From NCBI GenBank assembly GCA_026026165.1, contig JAPEUD010000007.1, forward strand, positions 186,001 to 250,000: DNA of 64,000 bases. The letters are read 5' to 3'. The stretch comes from Sarea resinae. Its lineage: Eukaryota. The notes beneath the pieces are model-generated. The model worked only from the letters and a program-made list of their open reading frames with translations, made no database searches and was not told the DNA's origin. Position 1 is the stretch's first letter, and each line of letters begins with the position of its first letter. Shown here in pieces: positions 35,666 through 47,406 of the stretch. Made by a program: the position numbers and the translations under genes.

Positions 35666-38600
35666 ATGATGGCGGCAAACTTTCCGCCACGGTCTCCGGA
35701 CTTTATTGGTGGAGAAGGCCAGTTGATCGGCGCCGTACAAGATCGCAACAACTCGCTCCGCATGAACGATTACATGCCGAGTGACTCTCGCAATCAGCAT
35801 CTTCATAGTTCGCAACCCCCACTTCGACCTGACAGTCTTCCACGGCCGGCCATGCCAGCGTATCCCAATTTTACCATGCCATTCCAAAATAGTCCGAAGG
35901 ATACGTCTGGATTCGAAGGCTCCATAGACTCGAGAATGGCATCGCCCATGGATCGTACCGGCGCGTTCAATATTCCACAGCAGGGGCCGGTGTATGACCT
36001 TTCAAGCGGCCCTCAGAATACCATGGCGTCGACGGGCGAACATCGGACAAGCAACAGTAGTGGCGCTGCTACGAGGAATCGGAACGGGAGCGGTGATGAA
36101 TCCGGGACAGCAAGTCCTGAAAGTGCCCGAGGTCAAGGTTGGCAGAGTTCTCTGGATGGTTATGGTGGGGATGATATTCAAGGGTCGGACGGCATCGGAC
36201 ATTTTATGGAAGGCGGAAGTGAAATGGAATCCAAGGGGAGGGACGACAAAGGAGATGCTCCTCCCCCATGGAGTGATCTCAAGACCAAGGCGGGGAAGGA
36301 GCGCAAGCGGTTGCCACTTGCATGTATTGCATGTCGAAGAAAAAAGATTCGCTGCTCAGGAGAAAAACCTGCTTGCAAGCACTGCCTTCGGTCGAGGATA
36401 CCCTGCGTCTACAAAGTTACTACCAGAAAGGCTGCCCCGAGAACAGATTACATGGCTATGCTCGATAAACGAATGAAGCGGATGGAAGAGCGAGTTATCA
36501 AGACGATTCCGAAGGACGACTTACGGGATATATCCTCTGTAGGAAGGGCCGTGGTAAAACCGGACTCACCTGGCGGGCAAACCAAAAGCGCTGGGAACAG
36601 GAAAAGATCTGCACAGGAGGCGTTTGGGACAGAGTTGGATGATTGGGCGAACTCTGGAATTCAGATTCAGGGAGACAGTACGCCAAAACGTCCTCCGGGT
36701 CAGCCGCGGGTGCAAGAATCAGAGGAGAATAAACTACTCACGGAGGGAGCGGAAAGCCTCCCTTCGAAAGAAGTTCAAGAACACTTGGCGGAGGTTTTCT
36801 TCGAATTCGTCTACGGCCAGTCGTATTTACTATTGCACAAACCGAGTTTTATGCGAAGATTACGGTAAGCATGGTCCGACATATGAAGAAGATAGATTTA
36901 CTAATGCGTGTGATAGGGCTGGTACTGTCCCTCCAGTCCTGATATTGGCAGTCTGTGCAGTCTCTGCTCGGTTCTCTACCCATCCTCTGGTGAATTCTGA
37001 GCCCGCCTTCCTTCGAGGAGAAGAATGGGCTAAGGTGGCTCGCGAAATCAGTCTGAAGAGATATGATGTGCCCAACATCACTATCCTCACTGTTTACTTG
37101 ATTCTCGGCCTCCATGAGTTTGGCACTTGCCAAGGCGGTCGAAGCTGGATGCTCGGCGGAATGGCGCAACGCATGGCATATGCGCTGCAACTTCATCGCG
37201 ATCTAATGCATGATCCTCTAGCACGTAGGCACGGACAAGAAGGCGAACTCAGTTTCACTGACCGAGAGATCCGACGTCGAGTGATGTGGGCTTGCTTTAT
37301 GATGGACCGTTTCAATTCGTCAGGCACCGAGAGGCCGATCTTCGTCAATGAACAATGGCTTAAATTGCAATTGCCGATCAAGGAACACTACTTCCAAATG
37401 GAAATTCCTGGCCCTACCGAGATGCTTCAAGGGGACGTGCCAAATACCGTGTCTCCAGACACCGGACAGATGTCCGATCCTCACGAGAATATGGGTGTTG
37501 CTGCCTACGTTGTTCGGATTGTAGCAATATGGGGATTACTGATCAGGTATCTCAATTTGGGTGGTAAGGAGAATGATCCTCACCCCTTGTGGTCTCCTGA
37601 GTCGACCTTCACGGAATTGAAGGGTAAGGTGGAGAAGTTTGCCAATTCCCTCCCCGAGTCTTTACGGTACAATGCCGACAATTTGCACACCCATGCGTCT
37701 CAGCGTCTAGCCAAACAATATCTGTTCATGCACATCACCTATAACCAGGTGGTTCTATTTCTAAATCGCTTCGCCATTCCAGCTGCACCAGGAAGTCGAC
37801 TTCCGACGGATATGCCTGCCCAGTACCTGAGTGATGCTGGCCGTGCTGCCATAGACGCTGCCAACCAGGTCTCGAGTCTAATCAGCGTTGCCACGGATCA
37901 CCAGGTAGTGGCCCCTTTCGTCGGCTACTGCGCATTTGCGTCGAGTACGGTCCATATCTTTGGCGTTTTTTCCAAGAACGCCCAGCTCGAAGAATCTTCC
38001 AAGAGAAACCTGGCATATAATGTCAAATATCTCGGCAGGATGAAGAAATATTGGGGGATGTTTCACTTCCTGGCCGAGAGCCTAAAAGACATCTATCGGC
38101 AACACGCAGATGCTGCCTTGAAAGGCTCGAATGAAGGATCTAAGTGTACCTCCATCTTCCAGTACGGAGACTGGTTCGATAGATATCCTCATGGGGTATC
38201 GCGGACAGATTACGAAGATCCTGCATCTCAGTCTAAGAAAGAACTGGATGATGCCATTTTGAGCCAGAAGTCGGATCTTCAGAGCGTCGAGGAGTTTTTT
38301 GCCAGCCTATCTCCTACTTCCAAGTGTGAACACGTAAAGAAGCCGGGGAAAAAACGGACTAGCAAGAGTGCGGCTACCTCCAAAGACCGCAAGGAACAGC
38401 AACAACCACAACAGCACCAACAACATCAACATCAACTGTCACAGCAAACCGAGTCGGAAAATCGCAGCGCTAAAGAGCAGCTGCAGCAATCACAGCAACC
38501 GCAGCAAATGATGCAGCAACAGCAACAACCCCCGAGCCAGATGCCGATGATGGTCTCGGATCAGCAGCAACCACAAACACGGGTCCGCGCCCCCTTTCCC

Positions 38601-39047
38601 GCACCGCTCTCATACCCTCAGAACCAGCCACCACAACCACAACAACAACCCTTCCCCACCCCATATAACCCCCAACAGCAAGCTCCAGACCTCCATATTC
38701 TCCCGCCACAGCAACCTCACCCGCAGTCTAATATGCCCTTCACACCGTTCACACCTGTCGATCCCTCACCCGATCACTCCCGCCAAAACAACCCGTTCTG
38801 GGACCTGGACATGTACAATGTGCCTGGGGGAGGGGCCTATATGAGCGAGCCTACAAATCCTTGGTTCATGCCATTCAATATGGAACCTCCCGACGTTGGG
38901 ATTGGGGCTGGCGGCAGAAGCGACGACGGCATAGGGGTCCCTGGAATGGATGGAATGGGATTCGGACTACTAGATGTTCCGTGGAGTGGGTTCGGCTTGG
39001 GGCAGAATGCTAGACGTGGAGGCGGTGATGGTCACGAGGGCGAATGA
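35666..39047 (+). CDS. Zn(II)2Cys6 transcription factor with fungal TF middle-homology domain (Prf-like)
   Basis: Exons 35666-36864 and 36917-39047. ACIACRRKKIRCSGEKPACKHCLRSRIPCVY binuclear cluster; MHR motif MAYALQLH..EIRRRVMWACFMMDR; Q/P-rich C-terminus. Confidence 0.95.
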
Positions 39048-39937
39048 AGTAAAGTTGCCGATTACGTTCGTCATGACACCACTCTCCCAGGGTACGCGCT
39101 GCCCTCTGCTTCAGAGTCACGCTCCCATTGCTGCTCCACTCTTTGGTCCAAGCGTGCATCCCTCTACCCATCCAGCTATATATTTCTCCCGTTGGACCGG
39201 AGCCGTTCGGACCCTCTTGTGGGGGACCTTCTGTCTTTCTGCCTGGCGAGCGCCAGAACGAAGACGCACTGCGCTAATGGATCTCGCCTGCCGTGGCCTG
39301 GCTGGCCGTATGCAGTGACGCTCATGCTTCAGACGAAATAGGATGAAATATATGTATCTTACGAAAAACATTTTATATCATGATTTGAAACCCACCACCT
39401 CTCATGTCTTTGTCCATCACAAGTTGCCGTTCTTTTTCCTTTGAGTCCTTTTCGCGTGTCCGAAGAATTAGTAGTCACAGACAAAGCACAATGTCGCAGT
39501 GGCGCAGCGGACGTTCTTTTTTTTTCACTGTCCTCTCTTGTCTCTTCATAGTTATGAGTTACTGGGGCTGCCCCCCTGGTCTTTCACGGTATGAATAAAT
39601 GACCTATGAATGAGAGATATGGGTGTTTAGGTCTATCTTCCGTAGGGGACGAACATATTTGATTCTGTGGCTGAAGAAGAAAGAGGAGATTTTGATCGAT
39701 AAGGTAGATAAGGGTTTTTTTTGTTAATTATAATCTTCTATTTTCCACTTTTTTCGTGATTTGATTAGGTGTTGGGATCTAGCTCTAACTTGATTATTTC
39801 TTACCTTATTCTGCGTTTCTCCTATATTTCTTCTAATCGAACAAGGTTTTTTCTCTTGTTCCTTCTCGATTAAGTTTCCTGATCCGACTTCTTCCCTTTT
39901 TCCTCCCAAGGTTCAAACCATTCATAAATCCGTTCTA

Positions 39938-41251
39938 TCAGTCGTCCTTCGACATAGCTAGCACGGTTGCCTGCTTCGCCTCTTCAGCCTTGGACTCTTC
40001 CCCGGCCTCGCCAGCCATGATCCTCGCGATCATCGCCTTGAGATCATCGGTGAACTGCTTCGCACCGTCGCCGGTCTCGGTAAAGTGCAGGTTGAGGTTC
40101 CGCCAGGTGTTGGCGGCGGCCTCGTGGGCGCGCACGAACATGGCCTCTTCGAAGCGGGCCAGGGACGCCTCGAGGCCCTCGTGGCCGCCCTTGACGCCCG
40201 CGACGATGGCCTCGCCCAGGTCCGACGCGTCGCGCAGGGCGAGATTGGCGCCCTCGCCTGCAAACGGCGTCATCAGGTGCGCGGCGTCGCCGACGCAGGT
40301 GACGCCGGGCACGTGGGCCCAGCGGTGGCCGACCGGGAGCATGTACATCTTCCTGGTGATGATGTCGAACTCGCCCTCGTCCGACTCGGCGATCAGGGCC
40401 CTGAGCTCGGCCGCCCAGTCCTGGTATTGGTTCTCCAGCAGGTAGTTTTTGATCTGTTTGGCGTCCGCGGATGCGATTGCGGGGGTGGTGTCTAGGTAGT
40501 CCTCCGGCGCCCGGAAATACGCCATCACGCGTATCGAGTCATCGCCGTGCAGCTGCGACAGGATGGCTGCTGAGGGTTTGCCGTACGTAAAGTAGCCTCC
40601 TTCACCTACGAAGGCGGCTATGCGTGGGTGCCGCTTGCTGACGGAACGGTACCAAAATTCGACCCCGCAGATTCCGGAGTAGTAAGCCTGGGAGGGAGAG
40701 AGAAGAGGGCGGACGTGGGAGAAGGCGCCATCGGCGCCGATGAGGAGGGTGGTGTTTTCAACTGGCGAGAGGTGTGGGGAGGTGAAGTTGATGGTTTTCG
40801 TGCTGGGGCTGATGGACGAGATGCGGTGATCCCATTTCACAGAGTCTGCAGGGATGGAGTCGAGGAGCAGTCGTCGCAGGTCCCCGCGGTCGATCTCGGG
40901 GCGTTGGGGCGGTGGTTCGGAGCCGGAAGAGCTCTGACCTGGCTCGTCTTCTGGCGGTTTGGGAAGGTCGTCCGGGAGCCTGAGAAAGACTTTGTTGTAC
41001 TGGTCGGCGACGACCATCGCTTCGCCCTCTGGACGGGCATACTTCATAAATTCGTCCCAGATTTCAGCGGTGCGCATGGCGTGTTGGCCGCTCTCCGGGT
41101 GAAGATCGAGCGTTCCGCCTTGGCTGCGCGTGGTGGGCGAGGGGTCGGATTCGTAGACGGTGAAGGGAATGGAGTTGATGTGGAGGATGCGAGCAAGGAG
41201 GAGGCCAGAGGGGCCGCCGCCTATGATGGCAATTTTGGGAAGGGAGGTCAT
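39938..41251 (-). CDS. Class A FAD-dependent monooxygenase, TetX-like subfamily
   Basis: Intronless 437 aa. IAIIGGGPSG, QGGTLDLH, RPEIDR, IGADGAFS, GDAAHLMTPFAGEGANLALRDA. Confidence 0.92.
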   Translation of the reverse strand: MTSLPKIAIIGGGPSGLLLARILHINSIPFTVYESDPSPTTRSQGGTLDLHPESGQHAMRTAEIWDEFMKYARPEGEAMVVADQYNKVFLRLPDDLPKPPEDEPGQSSSGSEPPPQRPEIDRGDLRRLLLDSIPADSVKWDHRISSISPSTKTINFTSPHLSPVENTTLLIGADGAFSHVRPLLSPSQAYYSGICGVEFWYRSVSKRHPRIAAFVGEGGYFTYGKPSAAILSQLHGDDSIRVMAYFRAPEDYLDTTPAIASADAKQIKNYLLENQYQDWAAELRALIAESDEGEFDIITRKMYMLPVGHRWAHVPGVTCVGDAAHLMTPFAGEGANLALRDASDLGEAIVAGVKGGHEGLEASLARFEEAMFVRAHEAAANTWRNLNLHFTETGDGAKQFTDDLKAMIARIMAGEAGEESKAEEAKQATVLAMSKDD

Positions 41252-43217
41252 CGTACTGGTGAGGCTTCCTTACCGCGCGGTGACCGAAGAGTTGCGGTGA
41301 GAGTGAGGAGAGTGCCCGAGTAGATTGAGAGATGTGATGAGATTAGCTTTGATAGTGATTTGAAGATGCTGATGATGGGAGGGGGGAAACATGGGAGTGT
41401 TTATATAGTTTGTGAATTCTCTATCCCAACGTGATGCTTATGTACATGAAATGCAGATGTCCGTCTCCGTCTGCTTGCCCAACCTTGGAATTTGGATATT
41501 CGAGCGGTAAGTATCGTAGCACCGCATATGCTGATGATTGGGGTTGGATTCAAGGGGCTTGGGGGACTTGTCAGCGCTAGGCAGCTTGAGTCAGCCGTCA
41601 CAGGCTTAATGAGATGATGAGGGTGAAGGTGGGAATGGAATGTTAATGATGTTGGTGGTGGGGATGCGTGGTGGTGATAGGTAGTGGCGCTCGGCGGTGA
41701 TGTTGGCCGGAGTGGTATTGTGTTAGTAAGTCGTCGGGGAAACGCATCGCCGGTCGGAGTGGGGCTTCAGGGGAATCGCCGTCGTCGCGACCGAATGGCC
41801 GATCTGGGACGACCCGTCTTCCCGCTGGGGAGTCACCATTTTTAACGCTCAACACCATTTGGTAAATCACCGTCTGCATGCGTATCCCTTTCGCGTTTTC
41901 CGTTTTGCACTTTGACATCTGTCATACAGGTTTCTGCAATGAGGACCCCGCATTCTCGTTATGCTCTTATTTTCCTAAAAGACTCGCTCATTTGGCTTGG
42001 TCGTACAGGGCTGCCATGATCTTCTTGATCAGGCCTTTTTATTTGAGCAAAGCGTCATGTTTCTTGCCCCTTCGACATTGTTTGCGTCTCGTTATCTTTT
42101 TCCGTATAGTGCGACTTGCCTGGTGGATTGTCAATACCCTGAGCCATCCTCAACAGCTCACCAAATCCGTGGGGCTTTCTGCCAGCGCTCCAGTGCTTCT
42201 GCAGCTCAAATGATCTGCTTATTTCAGGGACAGCGATATTTGTCTTTGTAATTCTTTCACTTGGCGCTGTTTGACATCCGAGTCCCAACTTTTGCGTCGT
42301 CCTCGCTGCGGCAACGCTGTCCTTTGTCGGTAGCCTGGCTCCCCTCGGCATGTCTCATGTCGAACACATTCAGAACTTTCGGCCTTCTGAGGTCATCGGT
42401 GACTATAATCTTCTATCAAATTGCTTCTTATGCGGCCCAGATGAGGAAACTATGGGGCTTCGTGGTTGGATTTGGTTGAATTGCCAGTCTTGCTCATATA
42501 CTTGGCGACACTTCTGCTTGAGACCGTTGAGAAGAGATCTTTCCTGACCTCGGAAGTCACTAATTTCCCCCCTAATCATGCTACTAGTATCTTCTGTCGT
42601 GGTATCTTCTGTCGGCACAACCCTTTGTTGAAGAGGGGGCTTTACTTCTATCCTGTCATTCCAACATATTTTTGTGATCGAGGAACTATTGTCGACAAAT
42701 CCATAAGGCTTTAGATAAACCTACCAACTCTCTTAGAGCTCTTACAGTCTAATACATAAAGCTGTCTCCTAGGCTCTAGCCAGTGAACTCTGCTGGTCTT
42801 TACTATGTATCAGCTAGTCTGGTATGTATGATAGATAGATAAGGATACATTCGAGGTGGTCTGTGCAGCCTTCTTTGCCCTTGGTCTTCTATTATTCTCG
42901 TCATAGAGCAATTTTGATTTTGAACCAATAGGCTACAGTGCTACAGCCTACAAGACAGTAGCTTCTTGCCTAATAAAGGGCACCACGTAACTTTGTCTTC
43001 ATATGGATTTTCTCACCTTTCGACCGGCGACGGACAGTCGGCTCAGTATAGAAGTCTACTGGTCCCTAAAGCCTCACGAGCGCGAAGGTTGTTGCGTTTT
43101 ATCCCCTTTCTTCATCATCGCCAGCTTTTGCCCTGTTCTGTCCCATACGGTAGCTGCCACAGTAAGGATCTTATCAAATCTTATCAGACAGATATCTGGT
43201 TTAGACATCGATCGGGT

Positions 43218-43286
43218 CAGCCCTCGCATCACGTGCGCACTGAGTACTCCGTACCCCTTCGAGCTCTCGCTTAGTGTTTAGGGCTT
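43218..43286. promoter_or_regulatory. Ribosomal-protein promoter motifs: TCACGTG (Cbf1-type) and TTAGGGCT / AGCCCT (Tbf1-type)
   Basis: CAGCCCT 43218-43224, TCACGTG 43229-43235, TTAGGGCTT 43278-43286, about 180-250 bp upstream of the RPS7 ATG. Confidence 0.5.
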
Positions 43287-43465
43287 GCACACACCCGAGC
43301 GACGGCCCACACAAATTCGGTTATTGAATTGACAGTCCTCCAACTCGGAATTGCTATTGACGAGCGAGCGATCCCAAGCCAGCGACATCGACAACCTCAC
43401 GACCATCCTCCAACAACCGCCGACCAAGACAGACGACGTCGCCGTTGTCCAGCCAAGTCGCAAAC

Positions 43466-44305
43466 ATGGCCGCGCTCAACAAGATCGCGCACAACAGCCC
43501 CTCCAGGGCCAATCCCTCGGAGCTCGAGACCAGCATCGCAACTGCCCTCTTCGATCTCGAGACCAACATTGGCGACATGAAGTCTGCTCTGAGGCCTCTG
43601 CAGTTCGTCTCTGCCCGTGAGGTAGGCTACTATTCTCCCCACGATTTTTTACGAATGGGCCGATGTCGACGGTGGGCTTCATGGCAGAAGCAGGAGGAGT
43701 AGCAAACATCTTGAGAGGGCTGTGGCTAACGACTTCCTTCAGATCGAGGTCGGCCACGGCAAGAAGGCCATTGTCATCTTTGTCCCGGTTCCCCTTCTCC
43801 AAGGTTTCCACAAGGTCCAGCAACGGTACGTCTATCAAGGCTCTGTCCGAAAACCCAGAAACTCCACCAGCTTGCGGCATATTTCGGTTGTCTCCGCTTC
43901 GCAGCGACAAAACTGACAGTTCTCTCTTTCTCCCACAGCCTGACCCGTGAACTCGAGAAGAAGTTCTCCGACCGCCACGTCATCATGATCGCCTCGCGCC
44001 GCATTCTCCCCCGCCCGAAGCGCTCCCACCGCTCGCGTACCGCGCTCAAGCAAAAGCGACCCCGTTCGCGAACCCTGACCGCCGTTCACGACGCCATCCT
44101 CGAGGACCTCGTCTTCCCCGTCGAGATTGTCGGCAAGCGCGTCCGAACGCGTGAGGACGGCAGCAAGCTGATCAAGGTGGTGCTCGACGAGAAGGAGCGG
44201 GGCGGCGTTGACTACAGACTCGATACCTACTCTGAGGTCTATAGGCGGTTGACGGGCAAGGGTGTCGGCTTCGAGTTCCCACAGGGTAGCCAGGTGGAAT
44301 ACTAG
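43466..44305 (+). CDS. RPS7: 40S ribosomal protein S7 (eS7)
   Basis: Exons 43466-43621, 43743-43825, 43939-44305. Motifs [62 protein letters not shown]. Confidence 0.98.
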
Positions 44306-44810
44306 ATTAAGCTGTGGTCTTGTCTTCTTCCGCCGGTTGTTGCTGCTATTGAGTTCTGAGCATGGTGCTGGGTGGGTAGGTGGATGTGCGTGTGTGTGGA
44401 CGCAGGGAGGTAGAAAAGGTGGTGACGGTTGCTGCCTTTTTTCATGAGCATGCTAGGCAAGGCGCTGGCTCCCATCCGTGTCACAGTAACCAAACAAATT
44501 ACTTCCAAAAGATTCTCCTGCCTGATTCCTCGAGGTTGTTCACATATTGTTTTGCTTCAGGGATCTCTCTATGCTTCCCGAGTAGATGCCGTGCACCTAC
44601 CTAGTAGCCAAAAGGACTGACATAGCTTGCCAGCTCACAACCTGGGAGCACGCATTTCCGGCTTCTTGACAGGATTTCACGCAATACAGAAGGGGGTATC
44701 GTCATTATCTCAATCCACTCCTAGAACATAATTAGACCACAGCGATCGACCTCCTTCTTCCCCTCTCCATGGCCACGCATTTACTATGTCCCATCTTACG
44801 ATCGCACAAC

Positions 44811-47033
44811 CTACGTCGCTATCCTACCAAGGCCCAGCACGCACCAATAAGCCAACTCCCTCTTCTCCTTCTCCCTCTCCGCGGCCTCGCCCGCCTCCTC
44901 CTCGCCCGCGGTATCAGTCTCGTACTCGACGCGCACGAACACAGGGATCTCAAGCACGTCCTCGTCCTCCTCGATGCCGCGCTCGTGCTCACTAGCATCT
45001 TTCCCAGCCATCGGCCCATCAGAGAGCTGCGAGCTTTGAGGAGGAGAAGAAGAAGAAGATAAAGAGGGAGGGAAGATCGAAGAGAGAGGATTCTTCGACA
45101 GGGAAGCAGGCACGACCTCCAGCACGACGCTGGTCCAGTTCCGGCCCCTCTCCCACACCTTGCCGGCCTCGGCCTGCTGCTGGCCCTCGCCCACTTCGGC
45201 CTTGGTCCGTTTCTTCTCGCGGCCGGCTCCGGCGGCGCCGACGCCGCCGCTGGCGGCCCCCGAGAGCGCCTCGTCCCAGACGTCTGTGTTGGCGCCCACG
45301 TCGAAGGCCGGACACAGGATCGTGACGCGGCTGGAGAAGCGCGAGGGCGTCTGCGCTGGGGTGGCGAGGGTGATGCGGACCGGGTCGAAGAGCGGGTTGT
45401 GCAGCGTGAGCACGAATTGGGTTGGGGTTAGTGGGTGGAGCGTGGGTGTTGCTGTTGTAGTGGTGGTGGTGGTGGTTGGGGGCGGGTGGAGGGGCCGCAG
45501 TTTGAGCGTCGGTATGTAATTGCTAGGGAGTGTGTGAGACAGTGGTTAGCTAGCTTGATCTTCTGGTTTTTGGGTATACATTGGGGGGGGTGGTTCTTTG
45601 ATGGACGTACAGAGCTACGAGTCGAATCCGGAATCGTGTGCTTTGGACTTTGGATTCCGGTTTTACGAGGATGTGACGGCAGGTTCGACAGCGTTTGGAG
45701 CGCTTGGTGCGGAGGAGAACTGGGACGGGGCGGATGTCTCTGTGGCGATTTACATTCATTAGCTGGCCGTTCCAGAGACAGATGTGTTAGGAAAGGGGAT
45801 CTTACGATAAGAAGCGTGCACCATTTGCCTGTGCGGACCGTTGTTCTATGCTCGTAACTGCCAGTGCCAAAATCAGCATTCAGTCCACTGTCATCTCACC
45901 TAAAAAGAGGAGGTCCTTACCACCTTCCCAACCCAGCTCTTTCATCTTCTCCGTGATTTCGTATTCTTCGTCATCCAGGAGTTTGAATCCCTCACCCTCA
46001 CCATACGCCTCCCTCATCAGCTCCGCTTTGCCCTTTGCTTTCTTGGCCCCATAGCTGCCGAGCCCAGTGTAGAGCCCCATAATGCGGGATAGAGCACCAG
46101 GGGAGCCATAGCCTATATCGCTCGAAAGACCCAGTGCCGCATTCGACGACGACTCCATGAGCTGTGAAGTGTAAAAAGATTTGAGATTCGCGAATTGCTC
46201 TTCTGCGTCTATCCGCCCCTTATGCTTCCTCTCGTCACTTCCATCCATCGCCCCCTTGTCGCCTCCTCCCTCCTCTTCCTCATCTGCCTCCTCGACAGCA
46301 CCAAGATCCTCGGCGCGTTTCCGTCGGTCCCGCTCGCGCTCTCGCTCTTTTCTACTGCTGACGGCCTGGCCGCCGTTCTTGAGCTTCGACAGCTGGCCCG
46401 TGATATTATTCGGCTTGTCGAACGTGATTCCTATCTCCGCCGAGCTCCACATGCAAAAGGCGCATGAGAGAACGTAGGGGCGACCAGGGGTGCTGCCTTC
46501 GGCTTCGGATTCGAACTGGCTAACGGGGAGAGGCCCGGCGCAGATGGGACATTGGAAGCAATTGCGGGTGCATCTTCGGGACTCGTGTTAGCGACGAGAG
46601 CGTTTTGTGTCCCAGCGGCCCTCATGCCAGATGAAAAGACGTACCTGTTACCTTCACTCTTGACCATACTACTTGGGACCTCGAACAGGCAGTTCGGACA
46701 AAACCAGCAGACTATCTCGTCGAGCACGCATCGCGGACAGCGGATCTGGTGACAGTCTTCGCAGTATAGGAGGTGCTCAATGGGGTAGAGGGAGTAATTT
46801 GCTCGAGCAGACCGGGGATCGAGTGTTCTGTCCTCCTCCTCCTCTTCTTCCTCCTCTTCCTGTTCTTCGACCGCCGTTATATAATCCTCAGTCGTATTTG
46901 AGCTTGCAGAGGGACCTTTGGGGTGGAGTTGGTGTAAATGTTGCGAATGTTGCGAATGTTGCGTATGCCGGAGAGGCGTCGAGGTGTCGGTGCAGGGGCA
47001 TTGTATGTATGTGTAGGGAAACTGCTGGGCCAT
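44811..47033 (-). CDS. Dynactin p62 subunit (DCTN4 / ro-2 family)
   Basis: Exons 47033-46645, 46573-45921, 45857-45806, 45739-45611, 45522-44811 splice in frame. Motifs LLYCEDCHQIRCPRC..CPNCLFEVP..RCTRNCFQCPIC; LRTKRSKRCRTCRHILVKPE; RELAYWCVLGLG. Confidence 0.93.
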
Positions 47034-47406
47034 GATCCCAAGAGATATCTTTGACTCCCTTTCGGACTCAATTGATCGAGTGACGCTGATCGAGTTGCGT
47101 GGAGATGAACAATTGTTGACGCTGTTTGCTGCGACTATGATGGGGCATATACTCTGCCGTATCGAATATCGAATTATCGCATTGCGCAAGAGGCTCATCA
47201 AGGTCGCCGGAATCAATCGTATCCGTGCACGGCGGAAAGCTCCATATCAAACAATTGTTCACGTCACTCAAATTCGATCGAAACCACCCCAAAACAGCTT
47301 CCCAGCTGTCCAATCTGTATAAACAATCAATCCTCCCTCTATTTCTGGAACTATCATGCTACTCCCCAGCTTCTCGCTCTAGAATTCCCCCCACCCCGAA
47401 TCCACA

